From NCBI GenBank assembly GCA_002269645.1, contig NIVC01000168.1, positions 776,277 to 840,276 of the forward strand: 64,000 bases of DNA, written 5' to 3'. Numbering within the stretch: position 1 is the first letter of the stretch; each line of letters begins with the position of its first letter. Of the stretch, positions 49,501 through 60,900 are shown piece after piece. The stretch is from Macrostomum lignano. Taxonomy: Eukaryota. The notes beneath the pieces are model-generated. The model was not told the DNA's origin. It did not search any database and saw only the letters and a list, made by a program, of their open reading frames with translations. Made by a program: the position numbers and the translations under genes.

Positions 49501-52486
49501 AAGATCGATCTACGCTCGTATGATAGCCTACTCAGTGAATCCACTATGATAAAAATGATTTGTCGCTAGCCTAGGTTTAGGGTTAGGGTTAGGGTTAGGG
49601 CTAGGGTTAGGGCTAGGGTTAGGGTTAGGTAGGAGAGAATGAAGTGCAGTACCGTCGGATTACGACTACCGGGTCCCAACTGGCAAGGAGAGTGAGTAAG
49701 GGTGTATGAATAATCTTTGTCTCATCAGGGATACCTGAGGGCTAGGGTTAGGGTTAATATGGGTTAAAACTAACTGACATGTCATTTGGTCTCAAAGAAA
49801 TCGTGAGCATTTGTTTCTTAGAAAGACGCAAATTAGTATTAAAATCAGAATGGTCACGCTGTGGGCCACAAAACTCAACGCTACACCATCTGCTCATAAA
49901 TCTAAAAATCGAATGATGCGTATTCGAACTAGTCTAAAAGTACATTTTCAGCTGCGACATCAGCTTTATGGAGAGGAGTTTAAGCTTTCTGCAATAGCTG
50001 GGGTAAACTGAAATTGCCAGCAAAATATAACAAGCAGTGTGCACTCGGTGGGGAGAAGCTGCAAAAACATTTCGCTCCGCTGCGGGCAGCGTGTGTTTTT
50101 GCTTTTGCGTGCTGAACTTCCTACAGATTTTTGTATGGCATTGTTGACACCAGCAGTGTACATCTGTGCATACCAGCAGTGTACAGCAGTGTACATCTGT
50201 GCATACCAGCAGTGTACAGCAGTGTACATCTGTGCATACCAGCAGTGTACAGCAGTGTACATCCGTGCATACCAGCAGTGTACAGCAGTGTACATCTGTG
50301 CATACCAGCAGTGTACAGCAGTGTACAGCAGTGTACATCTGTAATGGTTTTATTCCTTGCCTTATTGGCAGTCATTGAACTGGTATCGTATTGACAAATA
50401 TTTTGCTGAATAATTGTAATGTACGTTCGCTCTCTCTATGTACATCGTTGACTCGCATAAATACATGTATAGCCATCACTGCCCCACGGGGCCTTCGTTG
50501 ATTTTTACACTGCCAAACACCGCACGTTACACATCTGTGCATAACAGCAGTGTACAGCAGTGTACATCTGTGCATACCAGCAGTGTACAGCAGTGTACAG
50601 CAGTGTACAGCAGTGTACATCTGTGCATACCAGCAGTGTACAGCAGTGTACAGCAGTGTACAGCAGTGTACAGCAGTGTACATCTGTGCATACCAGCAGT
50701 GTACAGCAGTGTACAGCAGTGTACAGCAGTGTACATCTGTGCATACCAGCAGTGTACAGCAGTGTACAGCGGTGTAAAGCAGTGTACATCAGAGTGCATT
50801 CAATGCACACCAGTGTACATCCGTGTACATCAGAGTACATTCAATGCAACAGAAATCCGTCACCTCATTCCAGTTGAGCATGGCAGCAACAATACAGACT
50901 GACCTCAATGGTTCGAATTCTCATTTCAAACGCGTGTGCAATAACTTTTTAATTTGAAATTCAAATTTTCAAACGGACCTTTCTGACTAAGCGGTCAAGT
51001 AAAGCGCATTTCAGCTGCTCTCTGCATCAGCCAATCAGGAATGCTGATGGAAATTCTTTATTGACAGTAGGGCTAAAGTATATAAAATATGCAATAAAAA
51101 TAGTGGAAAAATGAAATATGCCAACTTGTCTCGATAATTGGGTCGCTTGAAAATTGAGAGTCCCAACTCGTGCATAAATTAAATAAATTTCCCATCCAAA
51201 AACGGGTGCTCAAGAGATCCGATTTCAAGGCCTCAGACGGGTTCGAACTGGCGTGTGGGGTGCATCGGGGGTTTCAAATATCGATTCTCGGTATGAACTC
51301 GGAAATAATTCAATTCTATCGTGGATTTATGACCCGCTTCGGGGAAATTCCGACTGTCTGTCAGCGGGGGAATTTCGAAAAGCAATAAACTGTTGCGTTT
51401 TTTGCTGCGCACATTCTGAATCAGTTTTTCCTTGTTTCAATTTTGAAAACTATTTGAAAATAAGATCTACTGGCTGTTTTTTCTGAATTCCTGAATTTGT
51501 TTTTCAAGTTTTGGACATACTTGGTACAAAACTGGGGCACCGAAGTTCTGCACCCGCCACCTGCGGCGTCATGTCTTCTGCGCAGGTGTCAGGTGTGAAC
51601 TTCGCAAAGGGCAATTGTCAGGGATGGATTGGGGGCGATTCTCAGGGATGGATTGAGGGCGATTCTCAGTGATGGATTGGGGGCGATTCTCACTGATGGA
51701 TTAGGGCGATTCTCAGTGATGGGTTGGGGGCGATTCTCAGTGATGGATTGAGGGCGATTCTCAGTGATGGATTGGGGCGATTCTCAGTGATGGATTGAGG
51801 GCGATTCTCACTGATGGATTGGGGCGATTCTCAGTGATGGATTGAGGGTGATTCTCAGTGATGGATTGAGGGCGATTCTCAGTGATGGATTGGGGCGATT
51901 CTCACTGATGGATTGGGGCGATTCTCAGTGATGGATTGGGGGCGATTCTCAGTGATGGATTGAGGGCGATTCTCACTGATGGATTGGGGCGATTCTCAGT
52001 GACGGATTGGGGCGATTCTCAGTGATGGATTGGGACGATTCTCAGTGATGGATTGGGGGGGGGGGTTCTAAGGGGCGGATCGAGGTGATGCTTAGGGGCG
52101 GATTGAGGTGATTCTTGGAGCGAATTGAGATGGTTCTCAGAGGCGGATTGACAGATTCGCAGTCTCAGACACTTTTGCAAGCTCTCCGCCCCGGTCTCAC
52201 CCGGAGTGGTCACCACCGGCAGGAACTTGTGCTCGCTCAGCAGGCCAAACAGCGGCGCCTTCGCCACCGGCAGGCTGACATTGCAGCCCCGGGTGACCCC
52301 GTCGCTCAGCAGGTGGCTCTCGCTGGCGAAGGCGCGGTAGCGGAAGTCCAGCGGCTCGCCGCACTGCTGCAGGCCGGCCCGGGCCAGGTCCCAGAACACG
52401 CCTCGGAGCTGGCCGGCCACGGTGTCCGAGAACGGCGGGTGACCGAAATAGCAGACGGTCAGATTCTCGCTGGCTGGCGAGCCCAT
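39320..52486 (-). CDS. iGluR/GluR0-like ligand-gated ion channel with K+ selectivity filter (S1-M1-P-M3-S2-M4)
   Basis: Exons 52201-52490, 47888-48066, 46906-47000, 45221-45380, 44333-44396, 42903-43279, 41135-41294, 39320-39738, all phase-consistent (~580 aa). LTVCYFGHPPF...GVFWDL (SBP lobe), AWPLLVIILVS (M1), WWAFITMTTVGYGDRSPKT (pore), MFTAGITTAL (M3), VMNGSFEE (S2), LLVLAFVFAVLFAALLCWE (M4). The start codon is uncertain. Confidence 0.85.
39839..40471. mobile_element. hAT-type MITE, 633 bp, 8-bp TSD
   Basis: TIRs caggggcgtcacca / caggggcgtcgcca; TSD ACTCAAGT at 39831-39838 and 40472-40479. Confidence 0.9.
39985..40341. repeat. 21-bp tandem repeat (aaaatgagtgcctgc[g/a]gcgct) inside the MITE
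   Basis: Direct reading; about 17 copies. Confidence 0.95.
40576..40968. mobile_element. TTAA-flanked foldback element (~390-bp degenerate palindrome)
   Basis: aaaattgttattgcttttgataggagctag...ccaatgtt vs its inverse at 40921-40966. Inner IR gtgcctgaaaaccatta / taatggtttttaggcac. TTAA at 40572 and 40969. Confidence 0.75.
41306..41890. repeat. 15/17-bp minisatellite (gaatcggagtgacag)
   Basis: Direct reading. Confidence 0.95.
42480..42870. repeat. 9-bp repeat (gtagccaag)
   Basis: Direct reading. Confidence 0.93.
43405..44015. repeat. 12-bp repeat (cagtatctcact)
   Basis: Direct reading. Confidence 0.93.
44540..45070. repeat. Diverged ~24-bp minisatellite with conserved gggaat(t)ccc core
   Basis: About 20 core motifs at roughly 24-bp spacing. 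Confidence 0.8.
45410..45581. repeat. 36-bp tandem repeat
   Basis: gggatctcgggttgctatgggatatttcccgattgg, 4-5 copies. Confidence 0.93.
46060..46640. repeat. Purine-rich (gagagtagaca)/(GA)n tract
   Basis: Direct reading. Confidence 0.93.
47190..47875. repeat. 20-bp minisatellite (ctaacaggtaatacttctgt)
   Basis: Direct reading. Confidence 0.95.
48180..48820. repeat. 24-bp minisatellite (gagagtgacatcaatagtgagaca)
   Basis: Direct reading. Confidence 0.95.
49572..49760 (+). repeat. Interstitial telomere-like (TTAGGG/CTAGGG)n blocks
   Basis: About 9 units at 49572-49630 and a short block at 49740-49756. Confidence 0.85.
50150..50830. repeat. Compound cagcagtgta / catctgtgcatac repeat in two blocks
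   Basis: 50150-50342 and 50530-50830. Confidence 0.93.
51625..52150. repeat. 22-23-bp minisatellite (gatggattggggcgattctcagt)
   Basis: Direct reading; related to 55140-56040. Confidence 0.93.
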
Positions 52487-53599
52487 GGGCCTGTCTGTGT
52501 CTGTCTGTCCGTGTCTGCCTGTCTGTATCTGTTTGTCTGTGTCTGCCTGTCTGTGTCTGTTCGTCCGTGTCTGTCTGTCCGTGTCTGTATTGTCAATCAA
52601 GTTGGCCTCCAAGTCAAGCTGTCAACAATCGGGCCCATCCTGTCTCAGTTATATGGCTAAAGGGGGCGGCAATTCATGGTGAACGGAACGAATAGCGGAG
52701 GCAAAGCCGTACGCCAAGGGCCTTCAAACCCTGCGATTCTGCTCGGCTGGGGCTGCCGTCATTGGCTCGAACTTGGCTTGGCCAATCAAATGAAGCGAGT
52801 TGGCAGTTAGGAAAATTCGGCTTCGGCTCCAGTCGGCTGCAGCCCCCTTCCGATGCTTCTAAGCCGCGACAGTCAATCCGCGGTGCGCCAAGTCACTTCT
52901 TCGTTCATTGAGGCGTCTGGCTGGGCAACAGCGCAGCCAGGGGTCAGCAATCAAACTTTGGGTTATAACTGTGCTCATATAAGTTGTCACCACGGGGCAC
53001 AAAAACGTGCTCAAGCTCCGGTGTCGTCAGCAAAAATTGGCCTCATATCTTTATTGACTTTCTTCATTTCAAAGCTGGTTTATTCAGAATCATTTTTTAT
53101 TGACGAGAGATTTTCCAGACCTGGGCACTGGGCAGAGTCAGATGTCAAAGGCTTGACGATGGGTCATGGCTGATTGCTGCCCAGGAAGTCTTGCCAGAAA
53201 TGCGACCAGCTTCTTTAAGGAGCAAATCAATAGCCTTTGAGGTGACTTTGAGACTTAAAAATTGAACTTGGTGCTCGATTCCAAGTAGGAAGTAGGAAAT
53301 GAATAAGCTTGTCTTGGAGATCAGATTACTCAACCAGCACTGAGTCGAGTCCAGTTTAGGGGCGATTGTTCTAAAATCAATCGCGAAAATTCCAATTTAT
53401 AGACGGTAAAATTCCCGCCGCGAAACCAGCAGCGATCAGCAAGTGGCGGCTTCAATCCAACTCATAGCCACAGCTCTCCACTCTCCTCACCAGTCTTGCT
53501 TTCTGATTGTAATAAAAATTGTAACCACATGTATGTATTTTAATATATAATGTAGAGTGCATATAGTGTAACCCTAACTCTAATGATTATAGGCACCCT

Positions 53600-53760
53600 G
53601 GCAAAATCGACCCACGATTCCTGCATGAGCACACACAAGCGCGCCAATACTGTACTCAGACACGCGCTCAGTGGACAGCGGCCCAGACTTTCCAATCGCA
53701 CGGAATCGAACCAGGGACCATGGCGTGAGAGTCAGCCATGAGCTGCACTACCCCCTACAC
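53600..53760 (-). mobile_element. tRNA-derived SINE fragment
   Basis: Minus-strand head with ccctggttcgattccg B box. Confidence 0.5.
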
Positions 53761-54319
53761 GTAAATATTATTGCTTTATGGCGGACTTTGCACTAAGATA
53801 GAGATGAATACATGTACGTTTCTCTAAACGGCTATTAAATCTGGATAACCTAGACTACTATAGTAATAACTTACCTGCACAGCAGTGCAGACTATATCTA
53901 GTGTACACACTCACGGCATCGCTACAGCCCACACAACTTCATTAGCGGCAACAGCAGTCGCATTCTAATCTCCTGTCTACAGAACCTAGACGAGTATTTC
54001 TGTTCTGCAGTAGCCATGCCAAAGCAATTTTCATTGATGGCGTTTTCTATACGCACAAGATTACGAGTATTCTCGTCTACTTAGCCGTTTTTTCTTTAAT
54101 ATGAATTTCGAATTCTCACAACTAATATCGCATACTTTTGGCTGAGTACAGCCATTGCTCGAACGTTTTTGACAGACTGAGACGGCGGATGAATGCAGAT
54201 AGAGGTTGGGGCGTGAGGAAGCTAGGAGGATGACTGAGAGATAGGTAGGTAGCTCCGAGGTGAATTTGCTAGGATGGAGACTAAGAGGGTCGTCAAGGAT
54301 AAGTAAGCCAGGATTAAGA

Positions 54320-54715
54320 GGTAGTCAAGAGTGAGAGAGTCAGTCAAGAGTGAGAGGTAGACAAGAGTGAGAGGTAGTCAAGAGTGAGAGGTAGTCAAGC
54401 TAGAGTGAGAGGTAGTCAAGAGTGAGAGGTAGTCAAGAGTGAGAGGTAGACAAGAGTGAGAGGTAGACAAGAGTGAGAGGTAGTCAAGAGTGAGAGGTAG
54501 TCAAGAGTGAGAGGTAGACAAGAGTGAGAGGTAGTCAAGAGTGAGAGGTAGACAAGAGTGAGAGGTAGACAAGAGTGAGAGGTAGTCAAGAGTGAGAGGT
54601 AGTCAAGAGTGAGAGGTAGACAAGAGTGAGAGGTAGACAAGAGTGAGAGGTAGTCAAGAGTGAGAGGTAGTCAAGAGTGAGGTAGACAAGAGTGAGAGGT
54701 AGTCAAGAGTGAGGT
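54320..54715. repeat. 17-bp minisatellite (caagagtgagaggtag[t/a])
   Basis: Direct reading. Confidence 0.95.
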
Positions 54716-54937
54716 CCGAAATTCCAGTTAAGAAAGATAAATTAAACAAAAGTACTCGGCAACCAGATCTTAAATTGGAGTTGAATTATTGCATTATGAG
54801 TAACATACACTGACTGTAGTTAAGTGCTAGAAAATTGTTGATGCATTATTTAAATACAAAACGCAACAAAATGTGTGTAGCAAGCGGTCCTCAATGACAC
54901 ACAAAATGCTCATCGCAGTCCGATCGGACAGCAAAGG

Positions 54938-57900
54938 TCAGGCGTTCTGCTCATCGCGCAGGGGAATCACGTAGCGCTGCGGCACAGCCAGCGAGGGCGC
55001 GATGCCTTCAGGGTAGGACGGGTCCTCGAAGAACAGCTGGTAGTCTTCGTGCACCGAGGTCGGCGGCTCGTCCACCAGGGCGCGGTAGAAGCAGGTGGTC
55101 TGCGGGTACAGGGCCAGCACCATCTGGCGCGGCGGGAGTGGGCGATTCTCAGGGGCGGATTTGGCGATTCTCAGGGGCGGATTTGGCGATTCTCAGGGGC
55201 AGATTGGGATGATTCTCAGGGGCGGATTGGGATTATTCTCAGGGGCGGATTGGGATGATTCTCAGGGGCGGATTGGGATGATTCTCAGGGGCGGATTGGG
55301 ATGATTCTCAGGGGCGGATTGGGATGATTCTCAGGGGCGGATTGGGATGATTCTCAGGGGCGGATTGGGATGATTCTCAGGGGCGGATTGGGATGATTCT
55401 CAGGGGCGGATTGGGATGATTCTCAGGGGCGGATTGGGATGATTCTCAGGGGCGGATTGGGATGATTCTCAGGGGCGGATTGGGATGATTCTCAGGGGCG
55501 GATTGGGATGATTCTCAGGGGCGGATTGGGATGATTCTCAGGGGCGGATTGGGATGATTCTCAGGGGCGGATTGGGATGATTCTCAGGGGCGGATTGGGA
55601 TGATTCTCAGGGCGGATTGGGATGATTCTCAGGGGCGGATTGGGATGATTCTCAGGGGCGGATTGGGATGATTCTCAGGGGCGGATTGGGATGATTCTCA
55701 GGGGCGGATTGGGATGATTCTCAGGGGCGGATTTGGCGATTCTCAGGGGCGGATTTGGCGATTCTCAGAAGGCGTATTTGGCGATTCTCAGGGGCGGATT
55801 TGGCGATTCTCAGGGGCGGATTGAGATGATTCTCAGGGGCGGATTGGGGTGATTCTCAGGGGCGGATTTGGCGATTCTCAGAAGGCGTATTTGGCGATTC
55901 TCAGGGGCGGATCGGGGTGATTCTCAGAGGCGGATTGGGGTGATTCTCAGGGGCGGATCGGGGTGATTCTCAGGGGCGGATTGGGGTGATTCTCAGGGGC
56001 GGATTGGGGTGATTCTCACGGGCGGATTGGGATGATTCTCAAGGACGAGTTAAACACAAGTATAGCGCAAAATCGATTCCAAAAATTCAAATCCGGAACC
56101 TCACCTCGCCCTTTTTAAAGATCGCCTCCGGGTTGGTCTCCGGGTTGGCCTTCCACAGCGGCAGGGGAATCACGCTGGTCTTGGGCAGCGAGTGCCGCCT
56201 ACAAGTCAAAATCCAGAGGCATCAGCTGAGTTAATTCAATGCGTGTCGGGGCTTGAGATGCGATCGGTGGGTCAGACAGATTGGCAGGAATGCAAAGTAA
56301 ACAGCGGCATGCTGGAGGCAGCGGCAGTGGCGCAAACCGTGATGACAGAAAAACTGAATCAAAATCTTCCCATGCGGACCAGGACCTCTGGATGTCTGAA
56401 CCAGGGACAGTCTCTCAGCAGGTAAGTATTTAGCGAAGGTTTGGGTCTGTTTCCTGTCCAGGTTTCTAGAGTCCTTGGTGCAGGGGTAAACATTTAGCGA
56501 AGGTGTGGGTCTGCTTCTAGTCCAGGTTTCTAGAGTCCTTGGTGCAGGGGTAAACATTTAGCGAAGGTGTGGGTCTGCTTCTAGTCCAGGTTTCTAGAGT
56601 CCTTGGTGCAGGGGTAAACATTTAGCGAAGGTGTGGGTCTGCTTCTAGTCCAGGTTTCTAGAGTCCTTGGTGCAGGGGTAAACATTTAGCGAAGGTGTGG
56701 GTCTGCTTCTAGTCCAGGTTTCTAGAGTCCTTGGTGCAGGGGTAAACATTTAGCGAAGGTGTGGGTCTGCTTCTAGTCCAGGTTTCTAGAGGTCCTTGGT
56801 GCAGTGGTAAGCATTTAGCGAAGGTGTGGATTCTGCTTCCAGTCCAGGTTTCTAGAGGTCCTTGGTGCAGGGGTAAACATTTAGAAAAGGTGTGGGTCTG
56901 TTTCCAGTCCAGATTTTTAGAGTCCTTGGTGCAGGCGTAAGCATTTAGCGAAAGTGTGGGTCTGCGTCCAGTCCAGGCCTCTAAAAGTCCTTGGTGTGGG
57001 TAAGCTCAAGGGCAATAACAGTCAGGCAATGCTTATGCACCAGAATCGATAGCATTAATAAAAAAAGCTAGTAAGTTAGCAGCACGCTAACTGTGAGAGT
57101 AACACGAGTACTTGGACCTGTCGGTTACTAAAGATATTCATTCAGAATTCTAAATTTAATCTAAGTTTAGATTAATAACAATTTTAGTTCTTATTTTTAA
57201 GAGTTTACATCAAGGTAGCTCAGACAGAACTGAACTGTTTGGTTCAAATTGGCGCGCAAAACTGCAAGCATGCAATCCGTTTAAACAAACGAGCGCGTCA
57301 GATCAAATATTTATGTACAAGGAAAACTAGCTAGCTAAGTGACACAAATATTTTAGGCTAGTTAGTATAACTGTACTACTAAGACAGAGGAGTGAGCAGT
57401 AGCATATGCGGCACCAGATTATGACAAAAATATTTTCGAGATTGGTTAAATGCAACAGCGAATGCACTTACTCCGGTCTGCTTTCCGGTTGAGGGACGAG
57501 TGAAGGGTGGAGCGGTTAGAAGTGAAATCAATGAGCTTTGCGTGTACATCATTGTTTGCTTAATTAAATATCATTCAGCCGTTAACTACATGAATCCGAA
57601 AATTATTATACTGCATTAAAAAAACTTGCAAATGAATCTACTATAAGTAGCTGATTGATCAACATGTTTGACTAGCAAGTGATGGGCACCAGATAAAGCA
57701 TGGAAACGGGACAGGGGACAGGGGTGCCAGATAAAGCATGGAAACGGGACAGGAGTTTCCAGATAAAGCATGGAAACGGGACAGGGGTGCCAGATAAAGC
57801 ATGGAAACGGGACAGGGGTGCCAGATAAAGCAAGGAAACGGGACAGGAGTTTCCAGATAAAGCAAGGAAACGGGACAGGAGTTTCCAGATAAAGCAAGGA

Positions 57901-60900
57901 AACGGGACAGGAGTTTCCAGATAAAGCATGAAACGGGACAGGACGTTTCCAGATAAAGCAAGGAAAACGGACAGGAGTTCCAGATAAAAGCAAGGAAACG
58001 GGACAGGAGTTTCCAGATAAATCATGGAAACGGGACAGGAGTGCCAGATAAAGCATGGAAACGGGACATGGGTGCCAGATAAATCATGGAAACGGGACAG
58101 GGGTGCCAGATAAAGCATGGAAACGGGACATGGGTGCCAGATAAAGCATGGAAACGGGACAGGGGTGCCAGATAAAGCATGGAAACGGGACAGGGGTGCC
58201 AGATAAATCATGGAAACGGGAAATGGGTGCCAGATAAACCATGGAAACGGGACAGGGGTGCCAGATAAACCATGGAAACGGGACAGGGGTGCCAGATAAA
58301 TCATGGAAACGGGACAGGAGTGCCAGATAAACCATGGAAACGGGACAGGGGTGCCAGATAAACCATGGAAACGGGACAGGGGTGCCAGATAAACCATGGA
58401 AACGGGACAGGGTGCAAGATAAATCATGGAAACGGGACAGGGGTGCCAGATAAACCATGGAAACGGGACAGGGGTGCCAGATAAACCATGGAAACGGGAC
58501 ATGGGTGCAAGATAAAGCATGGAAACGGGACAGGGGTGCAAGATAAAGCATGGAAACGGGACAGGGGTGCAAGATAAAGCATGGAAACGGGACAGGGGTG
58601 CCAGATAAAGCATGGAAACGGAACAGGGGTGCCAGATAAAGCATGGAAACGGGACATGGGTGCCAGATAAAGCATGGAAACGGGACAGGGGTGCCAGATA
58701 AAGCATGGAAACGGGACATGGGTGCCAGATAAAGCATGGAAACAAGTGCAGTTGCATACACAGTGACACGCAGTTCGCCTGCGACAAGTGCCTGCCAACA
58801 CAGACACAACTAGCCAAAAGCATGTCTAAACCAAAGACAAGAGCAGCACACAGCGAACTCACTCCTTGCCCTCCTCGGCATCCACATCGGCCACGTGGTA
58901 GCGGCCGTTGGTCCACTGGTACTTGATGACCTCAGCCAGGATCCAGTTGTCCTCGCCGTCCTCCCTCACCAGGGCGGCGATCTTGTCCCTGGGCTGGCAG
59001 ATGTAAGACGGGTCGGGGGCCCGGGAGCCGCACAGCGGGGGCGCCTCGTGGCCGGGTTCGCCAACCCACAGCGGCAGGGTGCGGGCCGCCTCCTGCAGCA
59101 GCGACATCAGGACGCCGCGGCGGACCACCGTCGGTGCGCTGTACTTGCTGAGCGACTCCTTGAGCTCGCGAATTTCAACGATCAAGTCGAGAGCCTTTTT
59201 TAGGCATCTGAGGGGTTGAGATATTTTTAACTAACAATTAACTAGCAGTTTATAAGCCAGTTCGATAATAATAACGTGAGAGAGAATCGGAGCCACTGAT
59301 CTCAGAACACGCACACGCTCACACAAGGTGTACACCCGATGAAAACGGTACCCAAGACAAAGAAGAGTCTCACAAAGTTACTTGCGTAGGGGGGCCGTAG
59401 CCGAGCGGTAGCGCAGCTGCTCTGGTGTGCCAGCGACCCAGGCTCGATTCCAAGTGCAGTCACATTAATTTGGGGCTGAATTGGAATCTCGACTTGGCTC
59501 TGCTCGTGCAACTGACGGCCTTGAGAGCCAACCCCCCAAGGCGCAGAGAAGTGTACATGCCTAACGATAATATAAAGTTAGGGCCGCTGTACACTCCTGT
59601 GCGAGTGTGTGCCTGCGTACGTATCCGCGCGCTTTTATGCCTGCTCAGGAGAGTCGGCGGAATGGGCAGTAATGCCTCTCGCCGGTTGTGTGCCTATGTC
59701 GCTTAAAGTGCGCCTCTAATAAAAAAAGTTAATTGCGTTGTTCCAGAGTTGTCTTAAAGTCATTGCAGGCAACACAGGTAAAGCAGGAAAGAAGTGACTC
59801 AATACGACTCTAAAACGAGATGTCACGGTACAAGTCGCCAAAACGTCGTCAAAGAATCACTTGAGAGTCAATCTGAGGCTTTTTATTGTCTGCGACTCTG
59901 AAACGACTCTGGGGCCGTAGAGTCACGTCTGAGGCACACTCTAGGCGCTTTAAGAGGCTGGAATCCATTTGCGGGACAGCGGACCCGAATTTCCCATCAT
60001 CAGACAGTGTAAACACTCTAGGCGCTTTAAGAGGCTGGAATCCATTTGCGGGACAGCGGACCCGAATTTCCCATCATCAGACAGTGTAAACACTCTAGGC
60101 GCTTTAAGAGGCTGGAATCCATTTGCGGGACAGCGGACCCGAATTTCCCATCATCAGACAGTGTAAACACTCTAGGCGCTTTAAGAGGCTGGAATCCATG
60201 TGCGTGAAGACCACGACAAGCCCAAGGCTGAGCTTCGTGCATACAGAAAGCAATGACTCTGCGGACTACTCAGCCCAAGCAGAAGACGTTGGCAAAGTGA
60301 CTAAAATTAAACTGCTAAGACTGGAGACAGAGACTGTCGGGTCAGATTACAAGCACAATTAGCAAGTGAAGTACTCACTCCTGCTCAGTTTCCGCATCGT
60401 TCATGGCCTGCATGTAGAGAGCCTGCAGCTTGTTCTTGGTCTGCGATTGGACTGTTCAATGATAAATAACAGGGCGGGCGGTTAGACAGGCTTGCGTTGT
60501 GCACGGGAGTCTGACACTTGAGCACTCAGCAGAACTGGTCACACAGGAGTCTGACACTTGAGCACTCAGCAGAACTGGTCACACAGGAGTCTGACATTTG
60601 AGCACTCAGCAGAACTGGTCACACAGCAGTCTGACACTTGAGCAGTCAGCAGAACTGATCACACAGCAGTCTGACACTTGAGCACTCAGCAGAACTGGTC
60701 ACACAGCAGTCTGACACTTGAGCACTCAGCAGAACTGGTCACACAGGAGTCTGACATTTGAGCACTCAGCAGAACTGGTCACACAGCAGTCTGACACTTG
60801 AGCAGTCAGCAGAACTGATCACACAGCAGTCTGACACTTGAGCACTCAGCAGAAACTGGTCACACAGCAGTCTGACACTTGAGCACTCAGCAGAACTGGT

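Noticed and set aside
56192-56428. Antisense exon in an SGF29 intron (77-aa ORF ending at CAG|GTAAGT)
   Set aside because: No recognisable protein motif or partner exons; the donor-like site is the first unit of the 64-bp repeat.
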